Part shown: piece by piece, positions 62,081 through 64,000 of the stretch
Layout: the number at the start of each line of letters is the position of its first letter
Position numbering within the stretch: position 1 is the first letter of the stretch
Notes under the pieces: generated by a model
Databases searched by the model: none
Told to the model about the DNA's origin: nothing
The model's input: only the letters and a program-made list of their open reading frames with translations
Translations under genes and position numbers: made by a program
Assembly (NCBI GenBank): GCA_965237525.1
Contig: CBDEFO010000007.1
Coordinates: 32,001 to 96,000, forward strand
From: Candidatus Latescibacterota bacterium
GTDB lineage: Bacteria; Latescibacterota; CBDEFO01
Direction of reading: 5' to 3'
Length of the DNA: 64,000 bases

Positions 62081-62190
62081 ATAGGGGCAGACCCGTGTGT
62101 CTGCCCCTGAACATGCGCATAAATCGGGCGAACCACTTCGCGGCTAATTGCCATATCACTCTGTCCACTACCCCATGGCTTCGCCCCTAC
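62081..62190. repeat. GTAG-type REP cluster
   Basis: TAGGGGCAGACCCGTGTGTCTGCCCC...GGGCGAACC...GGCTTCGCCCCTAC. Confidence 0.65.
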
Positions 62191-62255
62191 ATTCATTAGG
62201 CGATACAATAGCCGAAGCTTGGTTTGACGGGCTTCGGCTATCTTCATTACTAAGT

Positions 62256-63725
62256 TCAAAAAAAGAACTCATCACTTGCTTGCCAGCGCGACAGCACGAT
62301 CTTCTGCCGGGTATAAAACATTACCCCTTCCGTGCCCTGGCAGTGCAAATCGCCGTAAAAAGACTGGTCCCAGCCTGAGAATGAAAACAAGGCCACGGGA
62401 GCAGGGACGCCCAGATTGACGCCGATCATCCCGCATTTTACCCCCATAGCGAACTGCCTTGCTGCGCTCCCGCTGCCCGTAAAGATGGTGGCAGCGTTGC
62501 CATAAGGAATGCGGTTGAACCACTCAATCGCCTCGCCGAGGGAAGAGGGATGCATCATGGACAAAACCGGTCCAAAAATTTCTTCGTAGAAGACCGGTTG
62601 CTCCGGAGTAACCTCGTCGAAGAGAGTAGGACTTACGAAAAAGCCCCTGTCGGGGATGCGATTCCGGCCATCCCCCACTACCCCTATCCCCTGGTCCGCA
62701 GCCCCATCGATGTAGGAGAAGATTCGATCCCGGGCCCCACCATTTATCACCGGCCCCATCTGGGCCTCTGGGTTAGCGACCGTATCCTCCACCTTAATCT
62801 TGTCCATCGCGGCGACAACCTGCTCCAGAAGCGGCTTCCCTGCCTTGCCGACGCCCATTAGTAGCGACCCCGCCATACATCGTTGCCCGGCACACCCAAA
62901 GGCAGACCCCATTATGGCCTTCACGGTTGGATCCGGATCGGCATCCGGCATGACCAGGAGTACGTTTTTCGCGCCGCCTGCTGACTGCACCCGTTTGCCA
63001 TGTTTACAAGCCAGCTCGTAGACGTGCTGCGCAACGGGCGACGAACCTACAAAACTGATGGCGGATATACCCGGATGGGTGCAGATCGCGTCCACTACGT
63101 CCACACCGCCGTGCACAATATTGAACACACCTTCCGGAAGCCCGGCCTCAATGAAGATTTCCGCCAGCCTGTTGGCCGTCAGGGGCACCTTTTCGCTGGG
63201 CTTGAGAATAAAGGTGTTGCCGCAGGCAATAGCCATTGGAAACATCCACATGGGCACCATGGCGGGGAAGTTAAAGGGCGTTATGCCGGCGCATACCCCG
63301 ATGGGCTCTCGCATAGTCTGTCCATCTATTCCCTCGGCCACCTGGGGCAAATTCTCGCCTTTGGTCAGGTGGGCAATATTGCAGGCGAATTCGACTACTT
63401 CCAGGCCTCGGCGCATGTCACCCTTGGCTTCTTCAAGGGTCTTCCCGTTTTCCCTGCATATGATCAGGCTGAGTTCAGAAAAGTTCGCTTCTAACAGTTC
63501 CCGGTAGCGGAACAGAACACGCGCTCTTGAAAGAGCTGGTGTCTTGGCCCAGGAGATAAAGGCTTTGCGGGCTGCCTCTACAGCTATATCTACTTCCCTG
63601 GCCCCGCACATCGGGATCTGGGCGATGACTTCGCCTGTGGAGGGATTGTAGACCTTGTCTAATTGTGTCACTTCAGGTTGGGACCACTTGTCGCCAACCA
63701 GGATAGGTACCACCGGGGGAGCCAT
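62256..63725 (-). CDS. mmsA: CoA-acylating (methyl)malonate-semialdehyde dehydrogenase
   Basis: ITPFNFPAM, LKPSEK, GGAKN, GCAGQRCMA, EEIFGPV. Confidence 0.93.
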   Translation of the reverse strand: MAPPVVPILVGDKWSQPEVTQLDKVYNPSTGEVIAQIPMCGAREVDIAVEAARKAFISWAKTPALSRARVLFRYRELLEANFSELSLIICRENGKTLEEAKGDMRRGLEVVEFACNIAHLTKGENLPQVAEGIDGQTMREPIGVCAGITPFNFPAMVPMWMFPMAIACGNTFILKPSEKVPLTANRLAEIFIEAGLPEGVFNIVHGGVDVVDAICTHPGISAISFVGSSPVAQHVYELACKHGKRVQSAGGAKNVLLVMPDADPDPTVKAIMGSAFGCAGQRCMAGSLLMGVGKAGKPLLEQVVAAMDKIKVEDTVANPEAQMGPVINGGARDRIFSYIDGAADQGIGVVGDGRNRIPDRGFFVSPTLFDEVTPEQPVFYEEIFGPVLSMMHPSSLGEAIEWFNRIPYGNAATIFTGSGSAARQFAMGVKCGMIGVNLGVPAPVALFSFSGWDQSFYGDLHCQGTEGVMFYTRQKIVLSRWQASDEFFF

Positions 63726-63787
63726 AGTGTCACCTCCTCTTTTCTATGTTATCAGATAACTAAGCTTGCTCTTTACCCTTTCCCCGA

Positions 63788-63832
63788 TCCCCGATTGAAT
63801 CCCCAATTGTCCCCGAATGAATCTATCGGGGA
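63788..63832. repeat. Nested copies of the CCCCGATTGAATCTATCGGGG palindrome
   Basis: TCCCCGATTGAAT followed by TCCCCGAATGAATCTATCGGGGA. Confidence 0.7.
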
Positions 63833-63869
63833 TCAGGGATAAGCCCAAAACAGGCGCTCAAATGAACAA

Positions 63870-64000
63870 TCATCCGATTCCTGTTTCACGCAGATAAGCA
63901 CGACTGCGTTTGGCAATGGGCAGCGGCTTGTCGAATGGTGCCGGATACATGTCCTGTTCGACAATCCCAAAGCCGTTGTAGTCGATTTCCCGAAGGACAT
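63870..64000 (-). CDS. IolE-like sugar dehydratase/isomerase, C-terminal part (runs off the window)
   Basis: IDYNGFGIVEQDMYPAPFDKPLPIAKRSRAYL; upstream of iolA/mmsA. Confidence 0.65.
   Translation of the reverse strand, partial: VLREIDYNGFGIVEQDMYPAPFDKPLPIAKRSRAYLRETGIG

Overview
Bacterial chromosome segment, probably from a diderm FCB-group lineage (inferred from the fused lpxC-fabZ, an FlgD-Ig/T9SS-type C-terminal domain remnant, and mcsA-mcsB-clpC lying inside a lol-tamB-bamA-skp-lpx operon). The left ~35 kb is heavily disturbed. It holds five near-identical 1519-bp IS1182/IS5-like elements (13-bp IRs, CTAA/TTAA target duplications), two copies of a ~1.3-kb integrase-core (IS481-like) element, one IS1380, a decaying two-component/motB cluster, sugar-acid genes, an MNT-HEPN toxin-antitoxin pair, groESL, prfB (programmed +1 frameshift) and lysS. 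The right ~29 kb has no full-length IS and is mostly intact housekeeping: lolCD, mcsAB-clpC, tamB-like, bamA, skp, lpxD, lpxC-fabZ, lpxA, an Eda-like aldolase, kdgK, an ECF sigma factor with a sigma54 promoter, pyrE, rnpB, two tRNAs, dnaG, iolA/mmsA and part of an iolE-like gene. The most unusual signals are non-coding. (1) AGTAGAC heptamer arrays are polarised relative to stop and start codons, bracket inserted cargo and are the landing site of both copies of the 1.3-kb IS. (2) Three diverged but colinear ~130-250-nt elements sit upstream of three response-regulator genes in one cluster. (3) A 23-bp palindrome family also sits in frame inside lpxD. No CRISPR array was seen. All family calls come from motifs read by eye, not from database searches.
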